64,000 bases of DNA from NCBI GenBank assembly GCA_963823665.1, contig CAWGMQ010000010.1, forward strand, positions 512,001-576,000. The letters are read 5' to 3'. Under the pieces are notes generated by a model. The model worked only from the letters and a program-made list of their open reading frames with translations. It did no database searches and was not told the origin of the DNA. This DNA is from an uncultured Planctomycetota bacterium (lineage in GTDB: Bacteria; Planctomycetota; Planctomycetia; Isosphaerales; Isosphaeraceae). This document shows, piece by piece, positions 32,301 to 42,302 of the stretch; position 1 is the stretch's first letter, and each line of letters begins with the position of its first letter. A program made the position numbers and the translations under genes.

Positions 32301-33281
32301 GACCTCCGCCATGCCGACCTGGGCTGCGATGTGATCCATCACCTCGTGATCAGCGGAGACTTTGTGGACAAGGGCAATCTCCGCGCCTTCCCCGTCGCCT
32401 ACAAGTTCGTCTCCGCATTGCGGGAGCGGCTCGGCCTCTCGATCGACCGAGTGGTCCTCGTCCCCGGCAACCACGACGTCGTGGACAACGACGACTTCTA
32501 CCGGTGGAAGAGCACCAAGGATGGACTGAAACCGGGCGAGTATGTCCCGAAGGCCGACGGTTTCCTCGCCCGCGATCCAGTGAAATGGCCCGAGCGGTTC
32601 AAACCGTTCTCAGACCACCTGTACCACCCGCTGTTCCAGCAGCCGTATCCCCTCAAGCCCGAAGACCAGGGCCAGGGCTTTCCGCCCGAGAACACCCACG
32701 TCCAGTTCCTCGCCTTCAACTCCGCATGGGCCGTGGACCAGACCGATCGCAAGCGGAGTGGCTTGCTCACCGGCGCGGTCCTGAAAGGAATCAACGCGGC
32801 CGACGACCACAAAAAGCGCCGCCCCGCCGCGCAGCAACCGCTACGGATCGCCGTCTGGCACCACGCCGTTCTCCACATGGATGGAATGAAAGAGACGGAT
32901 GTCATCGGGCACCTCACGAAAGCCGGAGTCCGACTCGTGCTGCACGGCGATGTCCACGAGGCCAAGCTGGCAAGCAACCCCTTCCGGTGGCCCGGTCTAA
33001 CCGTCCTCGGCGCAGGAGCGTTCGGGGCCACCCCGGAAGCGCGCCCAGAGTCGATCCCGGGCCTTTATCAAGTGATCGAGCTGCGCCCAGGCAACGGCCC
33101 CGGCGGCTTCGCCTGGGCTCGGATCCACACCCGCGCCCGCGCGAAGACAAACGGCCCCTGGGACGGCTGGTTTTACTGGCCCGCGGCTGACGGCGCGAAG
33201 GCGAAAGTGGCCCACATCGACGTGGACCTGAACACCGGCGGCCCGCGAAAGGAAACAGCAACCATCCCCGCATCGAAGTAG
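29388..33281 (+). CDS. Roco-type protein: WD40 repeats, Roc GTPase, COR, Zn ribbon, metallophosphoesterase
   Basis: About seven WD40 repeats; GDSNIGKS and WDFGGQ; CPECG/CSRC; LHLSDPH, SGDF, PGNHD, WHH and HGDVH. Confidence 0.85.
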   Translation: MARKRPKPKPESPAYPPAPPEPRESAAVPLGFTLRHTLHSHTARIDRIAWSPDGLFLATPSLDRTVRVWDAGTGQTVHLLHAHTGMVIAVSWSPDGRLLAAGQADGTVLEWDTGTGRPLCSLKGHTGEVYSVSWSPDGQQLASGGMDQTVRVWDAGTGRSVRSLEGHTGWVQSVSWSPDGRLLASGGADPTVRLWDAGTDKPFCTLRGHAGGVYSVSWSPDGRLLATGGADKSVRVWEALTGQPVRTLQGHTNGVFSVSWSSDGRLLASKSGDSTVRVWRTDTLTEMSRLVEPASNSWLPSLTFHPSRPVLATFGEHGQSVRIWHLDVDSILGQAAATPARVFTTAKVVLLGDSNIGKSWLASQLIDRRIPTPEQRGTTHGMRIWKQPAGEFHPAATPPPDENREIFLWDFGGQDEYQLVHQMFLHDTNLALILIDPTRSAAERDKARAWNMRLLSQTGTRPVVKFLIGAQIDDDTQSQLIDQAAIARLVTECGFRDAHETSAVTGRGVDTLRQAIAWAIDWSFDRTSRPELFQRIREQVDARRAAGEIVVPLRVFNEDIRTKFPTLFEDDAARAVTDQLAGQGLLSKTRLKAGDEALILRVDVVEQYAATLVVLARDNPRGVPAFPEADLGTRQDALPGIEPSTRLAWPDERLVLECVAELMIRHGVCFRHQGVLVFPTLFPEAPTEAEAEKLPHTVSLWYDFTGAIDNVYASLVGGLIILQPFGPGRLTPGRAEFDDPDNGLCGLRRLHRPGGLAHVELFFGPATLSARRDKFIAYVEAHLRENGVEVTECRAIKCPECGTVTEEEMVRSRIADGRCDVVCSRCERRIPIEEGMAGGVAEVRKRDPQTNAKVLALRQEIKAKLALDAVMAKAVISGVAGDTLDPKSITIQIGDQIHISGDIIGSAVGREAELKVLEITAAVNAAVRVARGPSAPGGTDDRAGTVRILHLSDPHFTPETNWQDHLDPLLHDLRHADLGCDVIHHLVISGDFVDKGNLRAFPVAYKFVSALRERLGLSIDRVVLVPGNHDVVDNDDFYRWKSTKDGLKPGEYVPKADGFLARDPVKWPERFKPFSDHLYHPLFQQPYPLKPEDQGQGFPPENTHVQFLAFNSAWAVDQTDRKRSGLLTGAVLKGINAADDHKKRRPAAQQPLRIAVWHHAVLHMDGMKETDVIGHLTKAGVRLVLHGDVHEAKLASNPFRWPGLTVLGAGAFGATPEARPESIPGLYQVIELRPGNGPGGFAWARIHTRARAKTNGPWDGWFYWPAADGAKAKVAHIDVDLNTGGPRKETATIPASK

Positions 33282-33298
33282 GGCCGCAGTTGCAGAAT

Positions 33299-33530
33299 AA
33301 GGAGCGGAGATTTCCCGCCGCGAACGTTGCGCCAAGTTTCCCCACCTTGAGAAGGGGCCCTCTTTCCTTTCCCCCCCCTTTGGAAGGGGGGGCAGGGGGG
33401 GTGCATTCCGGCGGCCGCCATCATAAAATCGTCGCGCAACAGAAAACGCCGAAACGTCCACCTCGAAATTCGCCAATACGGCCCGCTTTTCATCTGCCCA
33501 GGGCCAGAGGGGGTGCATTCCGGTGGCCAC
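33299..33530. repeat. Composite REP-like element (CCCCCCCTT..AAGGGGGGG palindrome; GGGGTGCATTCCGG)
   Basis: Parts recur at 17993-18060, 50740-50792 and 57360-57420. Confidence 0.75.
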
Positions 33531-33579
33531 CAACACAGATCTCCGGATCAGCGCGCGCCCCTGGGCTCCAGTCCAGACC

Positions 33580-33810
33580 AGGTCAACGACCGCAGACCAA
33601 CAGCCACATCAACGCGCTCTGCTTCCCCTTCGTTACCTTAGTTTGCTTATGTTCAAGATTTCCATTTCTCAAGATATAACAAAATGTTCACTCGATTTGC
33701 TTATCTTCCAGGCTGAGACCAGTGATATGCATCGACTCCCGGCGCAAACCCATTCAGCCGCCATTCGAGCAACGAACCCACAATTCCGCGATCCGAGAAT
33801 CAACCTTCGA
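33580..33810. repeat. Dispersed repeat family A, copy 2
   Basis: About 230 bp alignable with 40605-40836. Confidence 0.85.
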
Positions 33811-34099
33811 CCGTCACGTCCGACGAATTCCGCGGCTCATTAATTCCACAGCGCTACCTTGATCTTGCCTTGATTCCTGCTTGAGACGAAACTGTGTCTT
33901 GCCAAGGACTTCCGGAGGGCAATTGGCCCTGGTATTGCATGTTGATGAAGAGGCTGCCGATTTCTTGGAGAAGCACTTGGATCTCCGCAGCCCGCAAGTG
34001 GATTCGATTCCCCTCGCCGGCCAGTAGGGGTGAGTTGGCAATCGACGACGCGGCGATCGGCAGCGCAACGGGCACGGTTGCACCGAAGGCGACGGCGGA

Positions 34100-37000
34100 T
34101 CACCAACCCAGGCGTAGCTCCGTTAGCCGTCGATTGATTTCCACCAGGTCGAGGACAGAGATGGTGCCGTCTTTCCGACCGAACATCGCGAGGCGGCCGT
34201 CCGGGCTGAATTCGAAGCTCGATTCGGTGGCTTCAGTGTCCTCGACGATTCTCAGTAAGGGAAGTTGGCGAGCGATGTCGAATAACACAATCTCACGCGG
34301 CTGTTCGATTGAGGTGCCCAGGGACAGAGTCGCGCCTGGGCCAAGACCTTTTATCGGCAAATCAACCGATCCGCGGTACGTAAAGGCGGGCAGGTCGAAC
34401 AGGCTCATCGGCTCATTAAGTTTGGACTCCTCCAACGACGCCGCGAGCATCTTCCCGCTCGGGTCGAAGACGAACCAACCGGAATCCATGACGCCTCGGC
34501 GAGTCGGCAGCGTTCTCACGAGCTTTCCCGTCGAGCCTTCGTACACATGAAACTTCCGTGTAAGCTTTCCCTGGTCGGTCCCTACACCGTCGACGGCGAA
34601 CACCGATCCGTTCCGAGCGAGCCGAATCATGCAGATTTCCCAATTGAACTCGTTGATCTCCGCGAAAGGTTGGGTCGGGGTCGGGCTCAAGAGGTCGTAG
34701 ACACGCACGACCTTAAGAAAGAGGTCCCGAGTGGACGGATTCAATGGCCCGCCTTGGCGGCGCTCGGTCTCCGAGCGGACGAGCAGGAGCCGACCGTGGG
34801 TGGGGAAGGCCAGGCATTCCGTGAGCCCTTCGTGCAGATCCCAGCGACCGATCAACCGCCGTTTCTCCAGGTCCCAGAGCTGAGCCTGGTGACCCGCCGA
34901 ACAGGCAAAGCGTCGGTTGTCGGCATCACACGCCATGGCAACGTTGTCCGCGAACCGGCCCACCGGAGCCGGCAGAACTCCGATCAATCGACCGGAGGGC
35001 CACTCCCAGATCCCCATTTCCCACTCATGCGTGGCGCCTACAATGCGCCGGCCGTCGGGCGAGAGAGTCGTCCGTTCGACCACTCCCCGAGTACCGTAGA
35101 GCGTATGGGTCCCGTGTCCGTGGTCCAGATCCAAGACCTCCGTTGCTCCGTCCGTCGCATCTTCAGGCAGTTCCCGGGCGACGGCGATGTGGTGGCCATC
35201 GGGCGCAAAGGCCACAGCTCGAGTGAAGTCTCCGACCTTAAGGTCCAGCAGGCAACGCCCGGTGGCGACGTCCCAGAGTTTGTTTGGTACGCGTCCGCCG
35301 GTCAGCAGCATGGCGCCATCGGCACTGAATGCCATACTCCGGACATTGTGCGCTGAGCCGCGGCAGACGCTTCGGGCTTGGTCGGCGGCTAGGTCGCGTA
35401 CGGTCACGAGCCCGGTGGATTCACCCACGGCGAGGAGCCAGGATTGCGCTGACCCGTCGTCATGCCAAATCGGATCGCGGCCGAAGGCCAGGCAGAGCAC
35501 CGGCGTGCGGCCGACTCTAAAGCGACGAAGCTCCTTGCCGTCTGGCAGTATCCATACCGTGATCTCGCCTGCGATGTCCCAGGCCGCCAGCAGGCGGCCG
35601 TCGGGAGAAAGGATGAGGTCCCGGGTTGTCTTGTGTTTCAGAGCGACGATCGGCTGTTCGTGGCCGACGTCCCAAACGGTGATTGTCGTGACCTCGCCAT
35701 CGGGAACGAAGCCATCTCCATCCTTGCGGACCGGCACGCGGACGGCGGCGACGTGCGAGCCACTGCGGGACAGCGTGATCGCGCTGAAGTCCGACACACC
35801 GTCAAGGGGTGAAAGAAACTCGCGGAGGATCGCCCCGGACTTGACGTCGAACAGCCTCAGTTTCGTCGATCGACTCAGCTCGGCAACTTCCTCGTACACG
35901 CGGGACAATTGCAGCGGCGTCCCGTCGGGCCGGAACGCGATGGCGCCGCTGCCGAGGTCGCGCCGCTCGACCACTTGGTTGGTAGACCGGTTCCAGAGGG
36001 TCGTGAGGGACCAAAGCTTGCCCGATTGGTCTTTGCCTGCACGGACCATAAGCGTGCATTCCGAGCGGGGGTCGAATTCCACGACCTCGGCGGCCCCATC
36101 CAGCTTCTTCACAACGTGGGCATCGATGCCCTCCAGCGCCGCGGCGGCTTCGGACTGGACCTGTGGATCGGTGGTTCCGCGAATTCCGCGGAGGGAGCGG
36201 ACATTTTGCCAGCTCTCCTTGAACCAGTCTATCTTCCGGATCGGCCTGCGGAGCTGTGACAGCCTGAGGAACTCGAGTGAACGCTGCGTAGCATCGAGCT
36301 GCGCCTTCGCACCCAGGATCCCGACTAGGAGGAGGGCAGCAAATAGACCAGCGGCAAATGCAGTCGCTCGCTCACGACGGGACCAGTAAACCAGCCGCCG
36401 CAGCAATATCCAAGGCCAGCTCAGCAGTCGTCCGGCCTTGCTGCGGACGAAAGATTCGCCCGCCAGAGTCGGACGGACCTCCAGCCAGCGCCGAAGATCA
36501 GCAGCGAAGGAGGCCGCGGTCTCGTAACGGTTGGCTGCATCTTTCTCCAGGGCTTTAAAACAGATCGCTTTCAACTCGCGTGGGATCGAGCCGCTCCAGC
36601 GTTCGGGAGGCGCGGACACGATTTTCCGAACCACTTCGGCCACGTTCTGGCCCGGAAACGGCATCCGGAGCGTCAACAGCTCGTAGAGCGTAACTCCCAG
36701 CCCCCAGACGTCGGTATAGCGGTCGATTGGCGACCGGTCTTCCGCGGAGAGACACTCCGCGCCTCCTCCGGCCACGCGAGGCACCTGCTCCGGAGCCATA
36801 TAGCCTGGAGTGCCGACGCCTTCCGTGGGTCGATCGGTCCGAGACTGGCGCGTCGGATCGTCCGGTCCCGCCCTGAGAGCGGCGTCATTCTCAGCCTTCG
36901 ATCTCCCGAGATGGGCGAGGCCGAAGTCGAGGACCCAGGGGTGTGACGCCGGCTCGCTTGTGCCGCGAATTGGCTCGATCTGGATGTTCGAAGGTTTGAG

Positions 37001-37798
37001 GTCGCGATGGAGGACCCCCGCTTCGTGGGCGCTGTCGATGGCTTCGGCAGCCACCGCGATCACCTCGACCACGCGGCGGCGGTAGTCCCGCGGCAGCCCG
37101 AGCGGAGCTGGATGACTGCTGCTCCGGGCGGGACTTGGGGGAGTCTCGGCGTTCCGTACCACGGAGGCAGCGTGACCGAGGCTGGCAACCACACGTCGAC
37201 AGTAACGCTCTCGAGATGCCTCCGTCGTGGCTCGGCTGAGGAACTCTTCCCACGTTGAGGGCGAGCCAGTCGACGCTCTCGCGGACGATATTCGACTTGA
37301 AGCTCTGATCAGGTCGGCCAGCGTGAGGCCCTCGAGCAGCGGCATGGCGAAGTAGAGCAGGCCGGCCTCCTCACCGGCGCCGTAGATCGGCACGATGTTC
37401 GTATGATGTAGCATCGCAAGGGCCTCTCGCTCGTGCACGAAACGCTCCAGTAGCCTGGGATCAGCCAGGCGGCCATGGCGCATCGTCTTGACCGCCACTC
37501 GGCGCGATAGCACCTCGTCCTCGGCCTCATAGACCTTCCCCATGCCACCGATCGCCAAGACGCGGATCACCCGATATGGACCGAGATGCTCGGGATCCTT
37601 GACATCGCTCACAAGGCGCCAGCCTGCAACGAGACTGCGAAACTGCTCCGCCAGTTCCGGATCCCGATCGCAATGCTGCTGGAGTATCGCCTCCCGATCC
37701 TGCTCCGGCGCAGTCTCCCAAAGCTCCAGGAACGCGGCCAGGATCGCGATTGTGGGATCAGAATCCGAATCGTCAATTAAGCGCACGTCCGCGAGCAT
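34100..37798 (-). CDS. Ser/Thr protein kinase with WD40 repeats
   Basis: GGMGKVY, VAVK, HRDLKPSN, DFGLA, GTPGYMAPEQ; TM; WD40 C-terminus. Confidence 0.92.
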   Translation of the reverse strand: MLADVRLIDDSDSDPTIAILAAFLELWETAPEQDREAILQQHCDRDPELAEQFRSLVAGWRLVSDVKDPEHLGPYRVIRVLAIGGMGKVYEAEDEVLSRRVAVKTMRHGRLADPRLLERFVHEREALAMLHHTNIVPIYGAGEEAGLLYFAMPLLEGLTLADLIRASSRISSARASTGSPSTWEEFLSRATTEASRERYCRRVVASLGHAASVVRNAETPPSPARSSSHPAPLGLPRDYRRRVVEVIAVAAEAIDSAHEAGVLHRDLKPSNIQIEPIRGTSEPASHPWVLDFGLAHLGRSKAENDAALRAGPDDPTRQSRTDRPTEGVGTPGYMAPEQVPRVAGGGAECLSAEDRSPIDRYTDVWGLGVTLYELLTLRMPFPGQNVAEVVRKIVSAPPERWSGSIPRELKAICFKALEKDAANRYETAASFAADLRRWLEVRPTLAGESFVRSKAGRLLSWPWILLRRLVYWSRRERATAFAAGLFAALLLVGILGAKAQLDATQRSLEFLRLSQLRRPIRKIDWFKESWQNVRSLRGIRGTTDPQVQSEAAAALEGIDAHVVKKLDGAAEVVEFDPRSECTLMVRAGKDQSGKLWSLTTLWNRSTNQVVERRDLGSGAIAFRPDGTPLQLSRVYEEVAELSRSTKLRLFDVKSGAILREFLSPLDGVSDFSAITLSRSGSHVAAVRVPVRKDGDGFVPDGEVTTITVWDVGHEQPIVALKHKTTRDLILSPDGRLLAAWDIAGEITVWILPDGKELRRFRVGRTPVLCLAFGRDPIWHDDGSAQSWLLAVGESTGLVTVRDLAADQARSVCRGSAHNVRSMAFSADGAMLLTGGRVPNKLWDVATGRCLLDLKVGDFTRAVAFAPDGHHIAVARELPEDATDGATEVLDLDHGHGTHTLYGTRGVVERTTLSPDGRRIVGATHEWEMGIWEWPSGRLIGVLPAPVGRFADNVAMACDADNRRFACSAGHQAQLWDLEKRRLIGRWDLHEGLTECLAFPTHGRLLLVRSETERRQGGPLNPSTRDLFLKVVRVYDLLSPTPTQPFAEINEFNWEICMIRLARNGSVFAVDGVGTDQGKLTRKFHVYEGSTGKLVRTLPTRRGVMDSGWFVFDPSGKMLAASLEESKLNEPMSLFDLPAFTYRGSVDLPIKGLGPGATLSLGTSIEQPREIVLFDIARQLPLLRIVEDTEATESSFEFSPDGRLAMFGRKDGTISVLDLVEINRRLTELRLGW

Positions 37799-37915
37799 GG
37801 GAGCGTTCTCGCAAAATCGGAACCTGGAAGCATCCGCTCGATTGAACAGCGCGCATGGTAATCGGCCGGCCTTTGCGAAGCGAAGAGAGTCGAGCGATCG
37901 CGCGCTCTGAGGCAA

Positions 37916-38596
37916 TCAGCCGCGCTCTGGCCCAGAGGAGGCGAAGGGGTTGGGGATGGTCTTGCGGATCTTCAACAACGCTCGCACACAGCGCTTGCGC
38001 ACCGCCTCCGGCGTGGTGTCGAAAAGCTCCGCAATGTCCCCGTACGACAGCTCGTCCAGGATCTTCAGGCGGACGATCTCAAACTCGGTCGGGCTAACGG
38101 CCTGGCGGATGAGCTCGACCGCATCTTTCAGACCTAACTGCGTCGACACCCCCAGCCGTTGGACCAGGTCGGCGACCGACTCTTCAGGTAACGGGAGCTC
38201 CCGCGCGACATCTCGACCCTCGGTGCTGTGTTTCCGGATTTCGTCTTGCAACTCGCTCCATACCTTCTTATAGAGCCAGGAGCGTAACTGATCGTCGGAA
38301 ACCGGTCTATTCGAGCGCAAGCAGGTGATGAGCCGCAGCAACGCACTCTGCAGCACGCCCTCAACGTCGATCCGCCCCTGAAGACGCGGGGAGATGCGGG
38401 CCCGTATCAACCGAAGCAGCTTGGGTTTTAGTCTCTCACAGAGGGCCACGAGTTCTTCAAGGATTCGCTTGAATTGCTCGTTCTCGAGCGGCAATTCCGA
38501 TCGACTCGTCGACGATGAAACCGGAATCGACGCTGGAATCGAGCCGAGTGACGTCCCCAGCTCCGACGTCTCAACGTTCAGCACAACCTCGTGCAT
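37916..38596 (-). CDS. ECF sigma factor (planctomycete kinase-associated type)
   Basis: RISPRLQGRIDVEGVLQS region 2; LSYGDIAELFDTTPEAVRKR region 4; directly upstream of the kinase. Confidence 0.85.
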   Translation of the reverse strand: MHEVVLNVETSELGTSLGSIPASIPVSSSTSRSELPLENEQFKRILEELVALCERLKPKLLRLIRARISPRLQGRIDVEGVLQSALLRLITCLRSNRPVSDDQLRSWLYKKVWSELQDEIRKHSTEGRDVARELPLPEESVADLVQRLGVSTQLGLKDAVELIRQAVSPTEFEIVRLKILDELSYGDIAELFDTTPEAVRKRCVRALLKIRKTIPNPFASSGPERG

Positions 38597-38859
38597 GGTA
38601 CCTCCGATCTGGTTGGTGACTGAACCCGAAGAATCTCTCCCAATCTATCCGTGACCGGCGCGGATTACCGGACAAAAATGATTTTCATCGGGCGCGTGCA
38701 TGCAGCCTTGATCCAGAAAATCTCCGGCCGTTGCTTGCCCAGATTCAATTCATATCGAAAGAGCTCGTTCTGCGCACGGCCGGAGAGTCGAATGAAGTCC
38801 TCGCAAGAATTCCGTACCACGGCTTGTCCGATATTCCATCGGTTCCACGGAGACCATCG

Positions 38860-39244
38860 TGAGGGCACGAGAGCAGCGGGCACCACGTATACTATCAGCT
38901 TCTTCTTGACGAACGCCGACACCGCCAACGTTGCTTTGGTTCAACCCGAGATCGGCGGCACCCTTCTGGGTTCTCCTGTCAGCGCCGTGGGTGATTGGGG
39001 CGGCGGCGGGTGGCAGCAATTCTCATTCAATTGGAACTCAGGGGGCTTCTCAGGTACCACCTCGCTGATCCTCCACAACTACTCAGCATCCTCGTTCGGT
39101 AACGACTTCGGGGTCGATAACATCCTGGTCGCCTCGGCGGTTCCCGAACCCTCCTCGCTCACTCTGGCGATCGTGGCGACGCTTGGGATCATCGGCTACA
39201 GCCGAATGCGGCGGAACGCCCGGACGAGATCACAGACGCGCTGA
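38860..39244 (+). pseudogene. 5'-truncated PEP-CTERM protein
   Basis: GNDFGVDNI..VPEPSSL + TM + basic tail; no signal peptide or convincing start. Confidence 0.65.
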
Positions 39245-39281
39245 GTTAAGAACCGCGGGGCAAAGACTCCCGTCGGCCGGG

Positions 39282-40391
39282 CTAAGGTCCCGGACCCGCC
39301 TTCCCCTTGCGAAATCGCTCCAGGCGCGCCCTGTACTGCTTGAAAAGCGGGTGGCTTCTGCTTCTTACCTCGGCCTCGATCCGTTTCAACGCCTTCTCCT
39401 CAGTCGCCACGGCCCCGTCGGCGTCCCCTGTGCGGTACTGCGCTTCAGCCAATGTATCAAGGTGCGCCACATTCTCGCCCTTCGATAGCTCGACCGCTCG
39501 GCACGCAGCCCGGAGTGCCAGCCGCGCAACACGGGGGTCCGGCTCGCGCTCGAGATTCGGCCTGATCACGTTCCAGAAGAAGTTATTTAGCGCGTTCGGA
39601 TTATCCTTGTTCAGCTCCAGCAGCTTGGCCCCCAGCTCCAGCCCAGGCTCGACGTCGCCGCCATTGCACAGTGCCGCAAACTTGAGCCACGCGAACGTAT
39701 CGGCCAGTTCCGAGTCATCTCTGGTCGCCTCGTCGATGGCGGCGACGGTGGCCTTGAATTTGTTGGCATTGTAGAGCGGGAACACCTTTTCCCGGATGAC
39801 CGTCGCCTTACGCTCCTTGGTCTTCACCACGAGACGCTTCTTGGCCATATCGGCCGGGTCCCATTTGCCCGCAACGATCTTCGCCAGAGGCTCGTCGAGG
39901 TCCATCGGGTGCCCGATCCACGCGATCTTCTTGTCATGGACGACGAACGCAGTCGGAATCCCATTCTCCTCGGCCGCCTTCATCCATAACTTGGCCATTG
40001 CCCCGTCATACGGGCCCGCTCGTTCCGGAACGGCGTCGAGCGCGACGCTATAGTCCAGGGTGTCGCCCAGGGTGTCGACGAACGGCTTCACCAGCATGGT
40101 ATCCTGCTCCCAGACGTCGACCCCGATGAACCGGACGCCCTTGTATTTGTACCGATGCGCCAGCTCAGTCAAATGCGGAATGCTCTCGCGGCACGGGCCG
40201 CACCACGTAGCCCAGAATTCAACGACATACGTTTTCCCGGCTTCAAACTGCGCAACCCTCTCCCCCTTGATCCAGCTCGAGACGACCAGCGGCGGCGCGT
40301 CATCGCCAAGGTTCAGGATCTCTCCAGCCCACGCGGAGAAGGATGTAAGAGTCGCTGCGACCGCCGCAAAGATGCCCAAAGACAGACGCAT
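39282..40391 (-). CDS. TlpA/redoxin family protein with C-terminal TPR-like helices
   Basis: Signal peptide, EFWATWCGPC, GIPTAF and HLDTLAEAQY. Confidence 0.9.
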   Translation of the reverse strand: MRLSLGIFAAVAATLTSFSAWAGEILNLGDDAPPLVVSSWIKGERVAQFEAGKTYVVEFWATWCGPCRESIPHLTELAHRYKYKGVRFIGVDVWEQDTMLVKPFVDTLGDTLDYSVALDAVPERAGPYDGAMAKLWMKAAEENGIPTAFVVHDKKIAWIGHPMDLDEPLAKIVAGKWDPADMAKKRLVVKTKERKATVIREKVFPLYNANKFKATVAAIDEATRDDSELADTFAWLKFAALCNGGDVEPGLELGAKLLELNKDNPNALNNFFWNVIRPNLEREPDPRVARLALRAACRAVELSKGENVAHLDTLAEAQYRTGDADGAVATEEKALKRIEAEVRSRSHPLFKQYRARLERFRKGKAGPGP

Positions 40392-40604
40392 GGCATAACC
40401 CCCGCGCCGCGTGTAAAAGGAAACCCCCCGGCGCCCCGAGGACGACAAATCGGACGAATGTAACAGCTACAACATCATAACAAGGGCGCGCCTCCGACCG
40501 CTATCCGGCAGCTCTCTCGCGCTCCGCCGGGAGAGTCTGGCCGAACGCCGGTTCCGACCGAGCTGTTGAAAACCTGTGATCGAATGAGCGGTGGAATCCG
40601 GTCC

Positions 40605-40836
40605 CGGTCAACGACCGCTGAAACCAACAGCCGCATCAACGCGCTCTGCTTCCCCTTCGTTACCTTAGTTTGCTTATGTTCAAAATTCTTATTTGCATGA
40701 TCAAACCATCAATTCCTTCGATTTCCTTATGTTCCAGGCCGCGACCAGTGATCTACCTCGAACCCCGTCGCAAAGACTTTCAGCAGCCTGCCGAGCAACG
40801 AAGTCACGATTCCGCCATCTTGGAGCCGACCCTCGA
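40605..40836. repeat. Dispersed repeat family A, copy 3
   Basis: Alignable with 21478 and 33580. Confidence 0.85.
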
Positions 40837-40856
40837 CTGTGCCGCATTGTCTTCGT

Positions 40857-42244
40857 TCACGATGGACCCCGACCCAGTCGCCGGGCCGTCTCCGTCACTC
40901 GCTTGATCAGAAACTGAATATGCTCCTCCCGCGTATACAAATTCAACAGATTGAATCTCAACCACGTCCTTCCCTCGAACCTCACCGTCGCGAACCACGC
41001 ATCTCCAGACCCCACGATCTCCGAAGCAATCCGCGTTTGCAGTTCGTCACTCTCCCCCCACGCGCGCAGGCGACTGAAAGCTCGCCCCCCGCCAGCACCT
41101 CGAATCCGTTCTCAAGCAGTCCCGCCTCGAGCGCGCGAATCAAGTGAATGTTCCGTACAACCGCTTGCCGGATCGTGTCCCAGCCATGCGCTCGAATGGC
41201 CATCCAGATCCCGAGCCCACACGATCTCCGCGAGGACGCAATCCCCCTCCAGAGCGGATAGATCTCCGGACTGCCCGGCAGATACGATCCCGACCCAAGC
41301 CCAAAAATCCGGCGCTCGAGATCCCGATGACGCGTCAGCAACAGCCCCGCCGCGATGGGAATAAAGAACCACTTATGCGTGTCGATCGATACGGAATCCG
41401 CCAGTTCAAGTCCTTGAAAGAGAGGCCGCAGCGCCGGCACAAGCCGGGCGGCGCCACCGTAACACGCGTCAACATGCAGCCAGAGCTTCTCTCTCTGACA
41501 GAGCTCTCCGATCTCGCCGACAGGATCCACCGCCCCGGTGCCCGTGGTTCCAATGCTGGCCACGACGGCAAACGGAACGTGCCCCTTCTCACGAGCCACC
41601 CGGATGTGGGTTTCCAGGCTCTCAACATCGATGCTTCCTCGCCCGCGCCCGCGAACGCAGATCACGTTCCGCTCTCCAACTCCGATTTCTTTGGCAGCCC
41701 GCGCCACCGTGAAGTGCGTCGCCTCGGACGTGAAGATTTGCGGAATGGCTCGGAGCGCGTGGAATCCATCCGCTTCGATTTCCGGAAAAGCGTTGGCGCG
41801 GGCCAGGAGCAGCCCCTGCAAGATCGTGAACGCACCGCCAGGCAGAACAAGTCCCCTCCAGCATTCCGGCAGCTCAAAAATCTCCTTGAAAGCTCGAATC
41901 ACTTCTTCTTCACACGCCAGAGCCGCCTGCGGTACTCCTCCATCGTTGCTGTTCAGAGCCGAGATCAAATGGTCCGCGAGCGCCGCGCCGGGAAGCGGCG
42001 AAGAGTTCACGAGCCCCAGGTAGAGCGGATGCGGAATCGCGATCGAATTGGGGACAACCGTTTCCCGGAAATCCTCCAGAGCACGAAGAAGTCCGACGCC
42101 GTCACTCTTCAAGGTGTTTCGAAAAACTTCGACGAGCGACCTGAAGTCGATCCCCGGATCAACTTTCCGGGTCTCCAGCTTCTCGTAAATCTCGACAAAC
42201 AATCGTGCCGCTTCTTCCGAGGCGCGTTCCAGGTCCTGTTTCAT
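40857..42244 (-). CDS. PLP-dependent group II amino-acid decarboxylase, frameshift near 41060
   Basis: GTTGTGAVDP, HVDACYGG and SIDTHKW; C-terminus (WFATVRFEGRTWLRFNLLN) lies in a shifted frame. Confidence 0.9.
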
Positions 42245-42302
42245 CGCTCGATTGTGTTCAAGGTCTGACACGGCGTCCAGATCTTTATCACATGCACCCG
42301 CG

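Noticed and set aside
39282..40391. Second selenoprotein
   Set aside because: Ordinary CGPC motif with no in-frame TGA
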